Shown in pieces: positions 52,001 through 63,889 of a DNA stretch of 64,000 nt. Source of the DNA: Macrostomum lignano (lineage: Eukaryota); contig NIVC01002210.1 in NCBI GenBank assembly GCA_002269645.1, positions 128,086 to 192,085 of the forward strand, given 5' to 3'. Within the stretch, counting starts at the first letter, position 1. Each line of letters begins with the position of its first letter. The position numbers and the translations under genes were made by a program. The notes beneath the pieces were generated by a model, which worked only from the letters and a program-made list of their open reading frames with translations, was not told the DNA's origin and ran no database searches.

Positions 52001-55000
52001 ACTGGCGTGTCTGAGAGGAGATGAAAAAATATTTTCGATGATGTTTCCTTTGTCTTCCGATGAGACAACAAAACGATATTCAAATGACAATACGCTTTTG
52101 CACTTTGCCTGTGAGGGTGGGTCGAAAGAAGTGATACAAAAATTGATCACTGAACACCACATGGAAGTCGATGCAACAAACGACCGCTCGGAGACGCCAC
52201 TGCACATCACCTGCCGCACTGGGAAGGACGACTTGGTTACTTTGCTGCTGCAGCAGCACCATGCGAATGTCAATGCTATTGATGACAAAGGAGAAACTCC
52301 AATTTTCCATGCTGTTGCCAAGGGCTCGATTGAAACGTGCTCCGCCCTGATCCGAAACGGCGCGGATCTGAATGCCGTTAATAAAGACGGAATCTCCGTT
52401 CTTTGCAAGGCGTACTACGAAGGCAGGAGTGCAATCTTTCGGCTGCTCAAGTCTAAACACCCAACTATAAACGCCAATCTAAAGCAGTTGCCTGGAAATA
52501 TCGGCATATTCTCGCAAAATATGAAAAATATGAATATAAAAGTTTTAAAGCGTTTGTTTGATGAAGGCCTCCCTGTTGACAGACGCGAAGGCAGCGCACA
52601 CTTGCTGCACCATGCCATCGAGTTTTGCCGCAGCGATATTATCAACCTTCTTTTAGACAAGAATGCCGAATTGAGAGTAAAGGACGTTAACGGACGCACT
52701 CCTTTATTTCAATCAATTATACATGGCAGAATCGATGTGGCAACCAAAATCCTATCGCAATGCCCTGAAGCCAAAGATGATGTTGACAACGATGGCAATA
52801 CTATACTACACATAATAGTTCTAAGCGGCAAACCGAGCACGCTACAGTGGATTCTCGGTAAATATACATTCGATAAGACCCAAGCCAACAAGAGTGGCAG
52901 GACGGCATTGCATGTTGCAGCTGCTGTCGGAAGCATGGAGATGTACGAGATGTTGCTCAAGAAAGGCTGGGATGCTACAAACAAAATAAAAGCTAGCGTG
53001 AATTCAAAGACAAAAGTTAGCGTTGGACATCTTGCCGTTCTCTCTGGCAACATGAGCTTTGTTCGACAGCTGCATGAAACTGGCGTCCTATCGAAGCACA
53101 TCGGCAAGACCGGTCCCTCTATTCCTCAGCTACTTGCACAAGCGGGCCAGATGAAAACACTCGACTGGTTTTGTCGATCCACAGGAGTCAACTTTGAAGA
53201 CTCTGGCTTCTTGTCTGTAAGAAATGCGGCGTTCGTCAGTGGCCACGAGCAGATGGCTGACTGGATTATCAAGAGGGGAGTGGATTTAGAGCAGAGAGAC
53301 AGCACAAATGGCCAGCCAGGCTCCCTAGCTGCGGTGCTTGGTGGGAACTTTCATATTGTAAGAAAGATTTTTGAAGAACAACAATGCAGTACTTCCGCTC
53401 GCACTAAGCATTGCTCCAGCCTGCTGCACATGGCTGTCTGCTCAAGGAACGAACCGCTGCTGCGCTATGTCCTCCAAAAAGGATGCCCAAGAGAGGAAAC
53501 TGACAACGATGGGGGCACACCGATATTAGAGGCTGTGTGGGCTTCAAATTGTAGGTTTGTGAAAATATTGCACTCGGAGTACCAGTGCAATCTTAAAAAA
53601 GAATGCAAGCTGCAATTCAATGCCGCTCACTACGCTGCAATAACCGGAAACCTTGAAATATTTGAGTACATAAAGCAGCACCTGCCAGAAGCATACTTCG
53701 ACGCATGTAACATACACGGAAACACACCGTTAATGCTGGCTGTTTTGTATTCAAAATCCGAGTCTGTCAAATACTTGTTGGAGAAATTTAGTCCGGAAAT
53801 TGACAATAAAAATAAGACTAGTAGCACGGCTCTTCACTGGGCCGCGCTAAATGCGGACAAGAATATCACGGAATTGCTGCTGGACAGAAACCCAACTGTG
53901 GACATCCAGGACATGGATGGCGCTACACCTTTGATGCTGGCTGTTCAGTCGGATTCAGTCGATTGCGCTGACCTTCTGCTGAGAAAGGGTGCATCAGCTA
54001 CGACGGAGAACACTTATGGAGAGAGCGCATTGACTCTCATGCAGCACAGCAAGGATGAATCTATGCGGAAATTGAGTGAAGAGTTGCAGGAACAACTTCA
54101 GTTGGAGCGGCAAAGCGGGTAGGAATTTCTGAACCTACGCTATATTCAAAATCAACTTCTATTATTTCAAAATTCTTGCCAAAAAACTCCGCAACACTCT
54201 TCTAGGCCTGTATTTGGACACTCGCTGGGACACTGCTCCCTCAAAAGCATTCACTACAACGACCACTTTCCCGAGGAAGAACCCGCTGAGCAGCTGGACG
54301 AGTCAGACGTCGAAATTGAAGACGAGGCGAACGAAGAGCCCGAAGCAGTTCAACAACAAGATGAGCCATATCAGGCTCAGAGCGAAGTACGAGCACCGTC
54401 AGTGATCAGCAGGCGCACAGCTGGCAGCGCTGTGACTAGGACATCAGTGCCACAGTCTGAACGACCATCGGAAGGGTTCGTGCATAAGTTTTTGAGCTTC
54501 ATAATAAATTATAATTCACTGTATGCAAACTAGGCTGTGAAGTGGGTTCGGTTGAAACCTTATTTAACGGAAGCTTGGGTTGGATAACCTATTTTGCCGT
54601 AGTAAATTAAATAAATTGATATAAAAATTTATAAAATAAATAAAATAAAACAAATTTATAAAATTGATATTAAAATATAAAATTTAAATTGATATAAATT
54701 AAAACAATATTTTCATTACCCCGTTTCCAGGCGACTCAGAGGGAATGTGATCAGCACTGAAGTCTATGAGGCTGGCAAATCGACTGTTTCTATCAAGATT
54801 GTCAACCCTACGGAAGCCAATATACAGCAAGCGATCAAATCTCTTGAAGAGCTAAGAAAACTTGTGAGCGAAAGGGACGTTGTAGAAAATCATCTTTGCC
54901 GTATGCAACCACCGAGCCTCTGTATTGAAGTGAAGACAGATCAGCCTGGTCGGCCACTGGAAGATCATTTAGAAGAGCTGCGAGACCGAGAGCATCGCTA

Positions 55001-55550
55001 CCTCCCAGAAGGCACTGGCCTTAAAACCGCCAAGTCAATTCTCTCCGGATTGAAATATCTTCATTCAAAAGGCATTGTACACGGGTGCCTTCGGCTGACG
55101 AACATACGAATTGTTGGCGAGGAAATTAGGCTGGGACAGTACGGCCAGCTGATGCGCATAAGCAGACTCAGCCAGCACTATCAACAGCCCGGCTACTGGC
55201 GCAGTGATCCGTTTACCGCGCCTGAGGAGCGTCAACTGACTGGAACTGGCGCGATCGACCGATTATTTACGACATCAACAACAGCTGTGGACATGTGGGC
55301 GTTCGGCTGCACCTTGCACGAGGTTCTAATCGGAGCCCCGCCAGAACGGGGCGCGGAGAACCTTGGCAGCGACGCCGATTATGTGACTCGCACATTTGCT
55401 AGAGTTCAAAACCTGGACAATGTGCCCAGTACCATGCTACAGCAGCGTCGGATCTTTCCGGAAAATCTTCAGAATGCTTTTCTGAGAGTCTACGTGAAGC
55501 TGCCTGAGGATAGGCCTTCCGCTCCGACTCTTCTGAACGATCTTCAATGA
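49046..55550 (+). CDS. Giant ankyrin-repeat protein with C-terminal pseudokinase domain (one frameshift in this sequence)
   Basis: Exon 1 49046-54118 (ORFs 48956-51331 and 51291-54122, offset by a frameshift near 51250), exon 2 54206-54475 (acidic linker), exon 3 54731-55550 (kinase fold). Donors GG|GTAGGA and GG|GTTCGT and acceptors TTCTAG|G and TTCCAG|G keep phase 2. Dozens of G-x-T-P/A-L-H ankyrin motifs; kinase motifs VSIK, HGCLRLTN, QYG, TAPEE, DMWAFGC, EDRPSA. Confidence 0.8.
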
Positions 55551-57029
55551 AGAGCAAGTTGTTTTTGAATTACGCTCGTAAATACTGTAATGAATTTTGG
55601 CGTTTTTGTTTCGAACACTATAAAATTGAACACTCCAAGCATATGCTATCTTTTTGCACCCTTCTTCTTTTCTGCAGTTTCATGGGATGAAATTTTAAGT
55701 TAACTTCTCTTGTTTTAATCAAAGAGTACCCTTGAGGGTCACCGAGTCTCGGTCTCGAGTCGGTCTCGGTCTGAGGGTCTCGGTGAGGGTCACTGAGAAT
55801 CCACGGACGTCTAACCTCCTTTCACCAATGGTATACGTGTACGAGAAAATCATCCAAAACTTAGAAATCAGATATAGTCCGAACAATAGTTGAGGCCGAG
55901 GCATCGGGTGCCCTTTTGAAGTTACTTTAAATTTAATGTAACTCGTGCCTTGAATCAAGCTACATGTACACCTAGGTCGAGTCAGTTCTAGGTAGCTAAG
56001 GAGAAGACCGGTCCATGGCCCTCTCCGATGCTTTGAAATTTTTCCTGCAGTGTTCTTCACCACTTCTATTCGAGTGTTGCCGTATATATGTAATCGAGCT
56101 GCATTAACCTTCCAATGACCTGCATAAACCCCCTAGAATGAGAAGCCTGAGTGACCAGACGGCCGACTCTAACTACTCGCATTAACCTAAAATATGTTAT
56201 TTAGCCGATAATGCAGTTGTTTTTATAATTTGTCGCTATATATTATCGACAAAACTTTATTCACATCTGCACATGCACAAAATATTCAGTTGAAATTATA
56301 TATTTTGGACAATGAGTTGGTGCATATTGTGTAGTACGTCGTATTGGTGTATGTGCTACCATTCATACTCGTACATACATGAACATAAACATGATAACGA
56401 ATTTCTTCCGTTTTTTAAACTTTTTATGTGCCCATGTGTATTACTTATACGCTCGTAGCTACAATCTCTCTGTGTATTTCTGCCATTATTTATTCTGCTT
56501 TGTGCTTTGAAGTAATTTTTACTCGTGGCTATCTGGTGCGTTGATCGCTATGAAATTTTTATTTAGTGCCGTTTCTCTTCTCTCTAATATGTCTAACAGT
56601 CTAACAACTTTTACGCCAAATAGTAATCAATGGCTATTATGAAAATATACGCTAGTACGAATAATGTTTTAAAAATTACCTAAATTTACTCCTCAAATGC
56701 ACGCACATGTACGCAGTTGCACTGCTTGTGCAGGTATACTATCAAAATTCTGAAGTACAAGTGTATATAGTACATTAGCTGGGGCAAGGTCCGGGGAACC
56801 GCGCTATGGTGCATTGCAGTTCCTTGCATGGGCGGTGGTGGCGTACATGTACATGATACATGTAGATAGGGTTTCTAATCATTTCCAGGGCGCCAGCTAT
56901 CCATGCACATGTTTAAATGTATAAAGTGCAGTTTTTTTTTCTCGTGCGTTTATATGCACGCTCATATGCATGTAAATAGATTTACATGTACATGCCTGCA
57001 CAATTACCTTGTACCGGAAGAATTCATGG

Positions 57030-57897
57030 AGAAGCAGTGCATGCATGGTTTCGGCCAAAACCTGCTTCCGCAAGCCACCCGGCAGGCTCGCGACTAGTAG
57101 GCTGCAAGCGGAGGCAGTGGAATGCGCGCGGCCGGAATGCGTCACGGAGGCAGGCACAGCTCGATCACGTGCTTGTGCGTCTTCTTGAGCGCCGCCGCGA
57201 CGTCAACTGTCGTGCCATAACGCCGATATCGTCGTGATACCATCGGCTCCGCGTCTGCGATCTACGTCTATGGGATCCGCTCTACCGTCTGCTGAAGCGG
57301 CCACCGCGGTGCTACTACATGTGCACCGAGACATGTCGCCATTTCGCCAGCGCCTTCGCCAGGGCGTGCCAGAGTACGAGGAGTAAGTCTAGGCTGTCTA
57401 CCTGCAATAAAAACAGGCAGCTGTTGATGACCACCGCCACCGCCGCTGAACCCGACGCCAAATTAGGGCCCGTGGCCTGGTCCGCCGTCAACGCTCTGAC
57501 CGGGCGGAAGCCTCGCATCCCGCTTAACCTAGCTGGCGACACTCTAGATGAGTGCATAAATGTCGAGCTGCGCAATCGAGTGCTTCACCGCCATCGTCAA
57601 CGCGCCGCGGCTTCAATGTATAGCCCCAGTCAGCACAGCCGACTTGTTGTGATGCTCGTGCCCATGAAGCTCACTCTGGCGGCAAAGCGCTGGATCTGGA
57701 CATGGTGCCCATCGAGGCGCTGCGACAATACTCTGCAGTGGCCAGCGAGGTAGCCATGCAGTGTGATGATGCGCTTTTTGGAGAGGCGGCACATCGACGC
57801 ACATCGTCGGTTTTCCAAAGAAGCCCGGCACCTTAACGTTAAAGGAGCGCCGAGGCATCTGCCTGCAGTCCTGCGCCCCGAAGCTGTTCAACCATGT
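57030..57897 (+). mobile_element. Degenerate non-LTR retrotransposon (RTE-like) ORF2: end of APE, linker, start of RT
   Basis: Frameshifted fragments: KTCFRKPPGRL, AQLDHVLVR..VNCRAITP (APE end), AWSAVNALTGRK (linker), GGKALDLDMVPIEALR and HIVGFPKKPG..RRGICLQSCAPKLFNH (RT N-terminal blocks). Confidence 0.75.
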
Positions 57898-58271
57898 GAA
57901 ATAGTGAGGGTTGTCTTGGGGTGGTCTGGTGGGTCTTTGAATCCCACCGCTGCCACCAGTAGAGTACAGAGCTTTAATTTCCTTCCTGATTTGCAGGCAC
58001 TTAAGTTCTGCCTTAAGCCTCGAGCCTCTCAGCTCGGAAGTCTTCTTGTAGCTCTTAGTAGCGTAGGTAGTGCTGCCACCAGTTCCTTCAGGTCTCGGCC
58101 TTCAGTGAGGTGAGCTTCCCGTCCCAACGAAATAAACAAGTCAACGAACTCAGCACAGCGTGCAGATTTCAAGATTAACGAACAAGGCGTCTGGTCAGCA
58201 GATCCCACCGGGTTCAGTGGGTGGTGGGGAGGCCGTATTAGCCTCCTTTAGGCTTGGGCGTCTAAGTTTAG

Positions 58272-58565
58272 TCAGGCCAATAAAGGAAGAGTTGATTGGA
58301 CAATAGAACTGTCAGAAAAACTTTCAGAAACTGAGAAACTATAGACACTAAGAACGGAGAAACTAAGAAATAGATTGGAAAACACAAACTTAAGAACTTC
58401 CTTGACTGAACCAAGGCTTAGGGGTCCGTATTTATGGCCTGGGATTCTCCACTGCCCCAATGCGCACAAGACCTCGTGACTTTGTTCTATTTTTAGAACT
58501 GACGTCACTTGGGTCCTCGGGCAGAGTGCACCAGGCTGTGACTCAATGTCTAATTTTAGAAACAT
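58272..58565 (-). mobile_element. Possible remnant of a second, unrelated LINE 3' end
   Basis: ALCPRTQV..SHEVLCALGQWR..G...SVKEVLKFV loosely resembles the C-terminal zinc-knuckle region of I/R1-group ORF2; weak. Confidence 0.25.
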
Positions 58566-59329
58566 GAGTCACTCCTTTCCTTAGGGAAGGGAAGGGCTTG
58601 GACAACGTGATTCCTCAGTAAACACGGACCAAACACGGACTTCGAGAAAACAAGACTGTCATGTGACTTGCTTACATAACAAAAACAGGCCACCAGCGTG
58701 ACCTCAGGACAGGAACGAAACGCAGAGCAGGCCACAGCAGAGAAGCTCGTGGCTACAAGCAAGAGCGCAGAGAAGAGGGGGCGGGCGACAGAGAACAGGC
58801 AGAAAGATTGGAGGAAGGCTGCCCAGCGGCAGACAGCAACCCAAGGGCGAGGGCGAGGGAAACTGCTGACAATACTGCGACGCCTGACACCAAACTAGCG
58901 GCTCACTACATGCAGATACTGCTTATTGCGGTTGCAGTCCGTGCTGTGATCCGTATTTGCGGCCTGAGCAAAAACGCGGGTTCCAGCCCCATCACGGCAG
59001 AGTGATGCAGATTCTGGTTTTTTGCCGAATTATGCTGCCAGCGTGGGCGCCCCAAATACTTCCGGTGGTGCGGCTCAGGCGTTTGCGCTCAGGCTTCGAA
59101 ACGAGCACTGTGACGTTCTCAGCTCTCTCATGGCTCGCGTGACATTAATTGTTTATTTACAACGTATTTTGTTGCTGTTAATTTTGGTACATGTAAATTG
59201 AGGAACTTTTCGCATTCGAAAAGTAGAACTTAGCTACGAGTACTTACATGGTACAATCAGATAGCTAATATAAACATGTAGTTATTTACAACATACAGTA
59301 TACAGTATTTACAACAGTATTTACAACGT

Positions 59330-59771
59330 CCAGAGGGCGGCGTTGTTCCAGGCGGTGATCGAGACCGTCCTGCTGTACAACGCCGAGACCTGGACGCTGA
59401 CGGAGTCGCTCTAGCAAACAAATTGACGCGGCGCATGCTGGTCTGCTGCGCGGTCACCTTCAAGATCGGCTACGAGCGAGTGACCAACGCGGCTTTGTAT
59501 CGCCGCGCCGGCCTGGTCCGTCCAAGCGATCTATTGCACCGTCGGCGACTCCAGCTGGCAGGCCACATCATCCGTGCTGAGTAACTGCCGAGAGAGCCGG
59601 TGCAGGAGGTGCTGCTAACCGCTGCAGGCACCCTATACTACCTACGGGGGCAGGCGCGCACTCAGCATTTCGTCGACTGCCTGCTGGCTGACGCCGGCGC
59701 CCCGGATTCGGCCGGCGGCGTGGCGTTCATTCGCGACCTGAAGGCGCGCCCTATGACGCTAACTGCGTATT

Positions 59772-59816
<45 letters not shown>

Positions 59817-59855
59817 CATGTTGTTGCTGTTGTTGTTGTTGTTGTTGTTGTTGTT
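59330..59855 (+). mobile_element. RTE-like LINE 3' end with (GTT)n tail
   Basis: LFQAVIETVLLYNAETWTLT..RVTNAALYRRAG..RRRLQLAGHIIR..RGQART..FVDCLLADAG (RTE ORF2 C-terminus, with stops) followed by (GTT)n at 59771-59855. Confidence 0.8.
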
Positions 59856-60900
59856 AAACAGTATAGACAACAAGACTGCTGTACATTCATTATCAATGCA
59901 ATCGAGTGTTTAGCTACTCGAAGTTTGACCTCATTTTGGCGGCGTGAAAGGAACCTGAATTGTAGATAAATTACGACCCGACGAGCTAGGGTTGAATAAT
60001 CCAACAGCATCTCTGCTAATTTTTTATTGCTGTAGCATTAAAACCGCCTAAATTAAGCGTTTAATAGTTAGCAAATAATCTGCCTCACATTAACTGAAGG
60101 CACTTCGCTGGCAAAACTTTACCTGGTAAAGTTTTGTTTAAACTAATTAACCGAAACTGTTAATCTTTGCGATTTGAAACAACCAGCAATTCAGTTTTAT
60201 AGTATACTTGCTTGCTTGCTTGCAATCAGCTTAGTAGGTCAAAAGACTCAAAACAGTAAATATTGAAGGTATATAACTATAAGCTAGCTAGCACTGGCAC
60301 CAGTAAACATAATAAAGTAAGGTAGGCCTAGCTCGCAAGCTTTGTCAATGATACAGAGATCACTTGGAGTTGGACTTGGCCTAGGACTAGGCTATACCTA
60401 TACTTACATAATTTCTGTATTAGGCCTATTTTGGCTGTGCTGCCTGTGCAACACATTATGCTTATGCCATGGATATTGGCATTGCTACCCAATATGTAAC
60501 ATTTTTATATGGGCAATGCAAATTTTGCAAAAGTTAGGCTTAGCCCTGTTTAATAAAATAGACCTAGGCCCTAAAAATAATGTCAAGAGCTTAATAATTA
60601 AGTCATAGGCTCTAATATAATTTGAGTCTGAATATTCTTACTAGGCCTACATAAAGCAAAATACAGTGAAATGTTGTTACAGTGAAATGTTGTATAGGCC
60701 TATGATGAATTATAGGCCTATACAGCTACACTTTTGGCTAGGCCTAGGCCTAAGCCTAGGTAGCCTAGCAATTATGCTTAAGCCAAGGAATTATAACAAT
60801 TAACAATGTGTGTGAGAGGTGGTCTATGTTAGGGGTAGAGAGAAGCACCAGTGTAGCATATACAGTCCTAATCCAAGGTTAAATAAGATGAAATGAAATA

Positions 60901-61688
60901 GGCTCATTCCATATAAGATGGACATATTTGGAAAATAGAAAAAAGTCAATATTTTTGCTTGCCACTGCCTGATTAGCCAATTTTTTTACCAAATGTTTTT
61001 TATGTGTAACATCTATAATCTAAGAATAAATGAATGATAAAATGTTAGATTAGTATGTTATCAAGTGGCAAAAGGTAATTTTTGTAAAAAATTGGACAGT
61101 TTTTTAAGCAAAAGACATCATTAAGTTTGTGAACCTTTTAAAAACAAATAGAAAGCTTTGGAAGGTTGAAACAAACTATAGATAAAAGTATAGTACTTGC
61201 ATCATCAGATAAAAGTATTGATGAACAAATAATCAATTATATTTTTAATATATTGGTACCTCTAAGTTACTGAATTGACAGAACAAAATATGTTACGACC
61301 AGAATGTTACGACCATAAGGCTGCCTTTTCTTTTGTATCTTTGTTGCCTTTTTGAGTTTATATATTCTACAAAAAGAGTATGATTTCTGAAGATGTTCTT
61401 AGTCGAATTTTAAAAAATTTATTGCAAAATATCAAAAATGAAAAATGTTATAAGACTTTTACCTTTTAGTTTCTATCTGTCAAAAATCCTGTCGTTACGA
61501 CCAGAAGTGCCATTCAAGGTTTAATAGCATCTATATTAATGATGATATCTACATGAAACTCTATAAAAATATTCTTGACAAAAAAATCTTTCATTTAAAA
61601 TATTGGTTTAGTGTATTCTATTATTAGATTTCATTTTATAAGTAAAAATAGCCTGTCATGTTACGACCATAATTATATGGAATTGCCC
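60901..61688 (+). mobile_element. ~800-bp TIR DNA transposon, copy 2
   Basis: GGCTCATTCCATATAAGATGGACATATTTGGAAAATAG...GTTACGACCATAATTATATGGAATTGCCC; collinear with 32196-32990. Confidence 0.82.
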
Positions 61689-61937
61689 AATAGCAAAAAA
61701 TAAAAAATGATATTAAATCCAAAACAAACAGTTTTCTATCATTAATTATAATATAATGAAAAAGGGAAAATGATAGCAATAGTTTAACCTCTCACTCATG
61801 AACAATATCTCATGTATTGTATTATAAGAATGTTTTGGGCTGCATTCATCTAAGTCCCCACTAGCTCAATAACACAATGTACATATGACCAAAAATCTCT
61901 GTTGTAGAGTGCTTGACCTTAGAATTCTTCTTACAAA

Positions 61938-62730
61938 AGTCCATTCCATATAATTATGGTTGTAACATGACAGACTATTTTTACTTATAAAATCAAATCA
62001 AATAATAGAATATACTGAACCAATATTTTGAATGAAAGATTATTTTGTCAAGAGTATGTTTATAAAGTTTCATGTAGGATATCATCATTAGTATAGGCCT
62101 AGATGCTATTAAACCTTGAATGGCACTATGGTCATAACAACAGGATTTTTGACATATAGAAACTAAAAAGTAAAAGTCTTATAAAATTTTTCATTTTTTA
62201 TATTGTGCAATATTTTTTTTAAATTTGACTAGGAACATCTTTAGAAGTCATACTCTTTTATTAGAATATATAAACTCAAAAAGGCAACAAAGATACAAAA
62301 GAAAAGGCAGCCTTATAGTCGTAACATTATGGTCATAACATATTTTTTTCTGTCAATTCAGTAACTTTGAAGTACTAATATATTAAAAATATAATAGATT
62401 ATATGGTTGCTAATGTTTTTATCTGATGATGCAAGTACTATAATTGTATATATAGTTTGTTTTAACCTTCTAAAGCTTTCTATTTGTTTTTAAAAGGTAC
62501 ATAAACTTAATGATGTCTTTTGCTTAGAAAATGTCCAATTTTTCACAAAAACAACTTTTTGCTAATTGATAACATACTAATCCAACATTTTATCATTTAT
62601 TTATTCTTAGATTGTATACATTACATACAAAAAAGATTTGGTAAAAAAATTGGCTGATAAGGCAATGACAAGCAAAAATATTGACTTTTTTCTATTTTCC
62701 AAATATGTCTATCTTATATGGAATAGGCCC
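61938..62730 (-). mobile_element. ~800-bp TIR DNA transposon, copy 3 (inverted relative to copy 2)
   Basis: Reverse complement of copies 1 and 2 along the whole length. Confidence 0.82.
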
Positions 62731-62989
62731 AAAAGATTTAAAACTGAAAGAAATTCATTAAATTCTATTGCTTAACTCAACCAACCAATAAAATCAATTA
62801 TTTTAAGCCTCAGTTATTGAGTGGCCATTATTATTAGTATATAGGAATAAGAAATGTGTTTCCATATCCATATTTGTATGTCCTGCCTTTCAAACTGCAA
62901 TGTCTGTAACTACAGTAGAAACTCTAGTTTTAAAGCTTAAAATAATAACAATAATGGTAAAAATTGATTACACCTGCCCAAATTAGGCC

Positions 62990-63257
62990 AGATGTGCACC
63001 CAACAGCTCAGCTGCAGCTATTGTGTGGCCCATCTGAAGGCTGCATACGGCTGTTCAGTCCAATTACTGAACACCACCACACCCTCAATTACCCCAGCTA
63101 ATGCTGGCACCCATTTTACAGCCAGGTGAACTGAAGCAATGCAGAGTTAGGCAAGCATCTTGCTCCAGGACACAAATTGTTCCAAGTGGGATCGGGAATC
63201 GAACTCCCGACCTTTAAGTCGTGAGTCCGACGCCCTAACCACTAGGCTGCAACCCCT
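62990..63257 (-). mobile_element. tRNA-derived SINE with CORE-like central domain
   Basis: Minus strand: tRNA-like head with A-box-like CAGCCTAGTGG and B-box GTTCGATTC but a broken anticodon stem, then GTGTCCTGGAGCAAG...CTTCAGTTCACCTGGCTGTAAAATGGG, similar to the CORE consensus. 3' boundary uncertain. Confidence 0.6.
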
Positions 63258-63379
63258 CTTTAGAGCTTAGGATGCTTTAATAGCATGATAGCAACATTAT
63301 CCTATCCTGCTGTCAAAGAATGTCTTGATATTTCAATCATTAAAGCTAATTTCACTGTTGCAGCCAATCCAGCACAAGC

Positions 63380-63676
63380 ATGGCAGGACGCCTGTCGCCC
63401 GATCAATACTTTCGCAACTTCAAATTCCTTCAACGCAGCGTCAAAGTGATGGACCAGGCCAATGGCGGACTTGAGCTGTCGTTCAACGGACTGCAACGCA
63501 TTTTATCCAAGGACGGCTACGTTAAATCCTTCAACAGTCAGATCTACTACGAGACGCCGGACAAATGGCGCAGACGAGTCATCTACGAGCGCTGCAAGCG
63601 GGTTTACGACGCCGAGATGGCCAGGAAGATCAAGTTTCTAATGCGAACGAACAGGCCTTCGCCTTGGCCTCGATAA
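63380..63676 (+). CDS. MRPS21: Mitochondrial ribosomal protein S21 (bS21m)
   Basis: 98 aa; FKFLQRSVKV..LQRILSKDG..YYETPDKWRRRVIYERCKRVYDAEMARKIKFLMRTNRPSPW matches metazoan MRPS21 (YYEKP..[24 protein letters not shown].DPW). Confidence 0.93.
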   Translation: MAGRLSPDQYFRNFKFLQRSVKVMDQANGGLELSFNGLQRILSKDGYVKSFNSQIYYETPDKWRRRVIYERCKRVYDAEMARKIKFLMRTNRPSPWPR

Positions 63677-63889
63677 ATGACTGACTGTTGATGCTACTTA
63701 GTGCTTGTGTCTGACTAAATTCATATTCATATTTGATTCGTGCAAATCTGTGCAAGTTTGTTAGAACTTAGCTTATAAATGTAATAAATATAATTAGGAG
63801 ACAATTAGTCTTCTGTCATGCAAGAAATGCTTGTCTTAAAGCTTTTTACTCGAGTTATTCCAATTTATATTCGTGGCGTAAGCCCATCA

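Noticed and set aside
55730-55800. Short GGTCTC/GAGACC-rich quasi-palindromic stretch downstream of the pseudokinase gene
   Set aside because: Too short and irregular to assign a function or element type.
63187-63257. Functional tRNA gene
   Set aside because: Anticodon and T stems do not pair properly and a SINE-type body follows.
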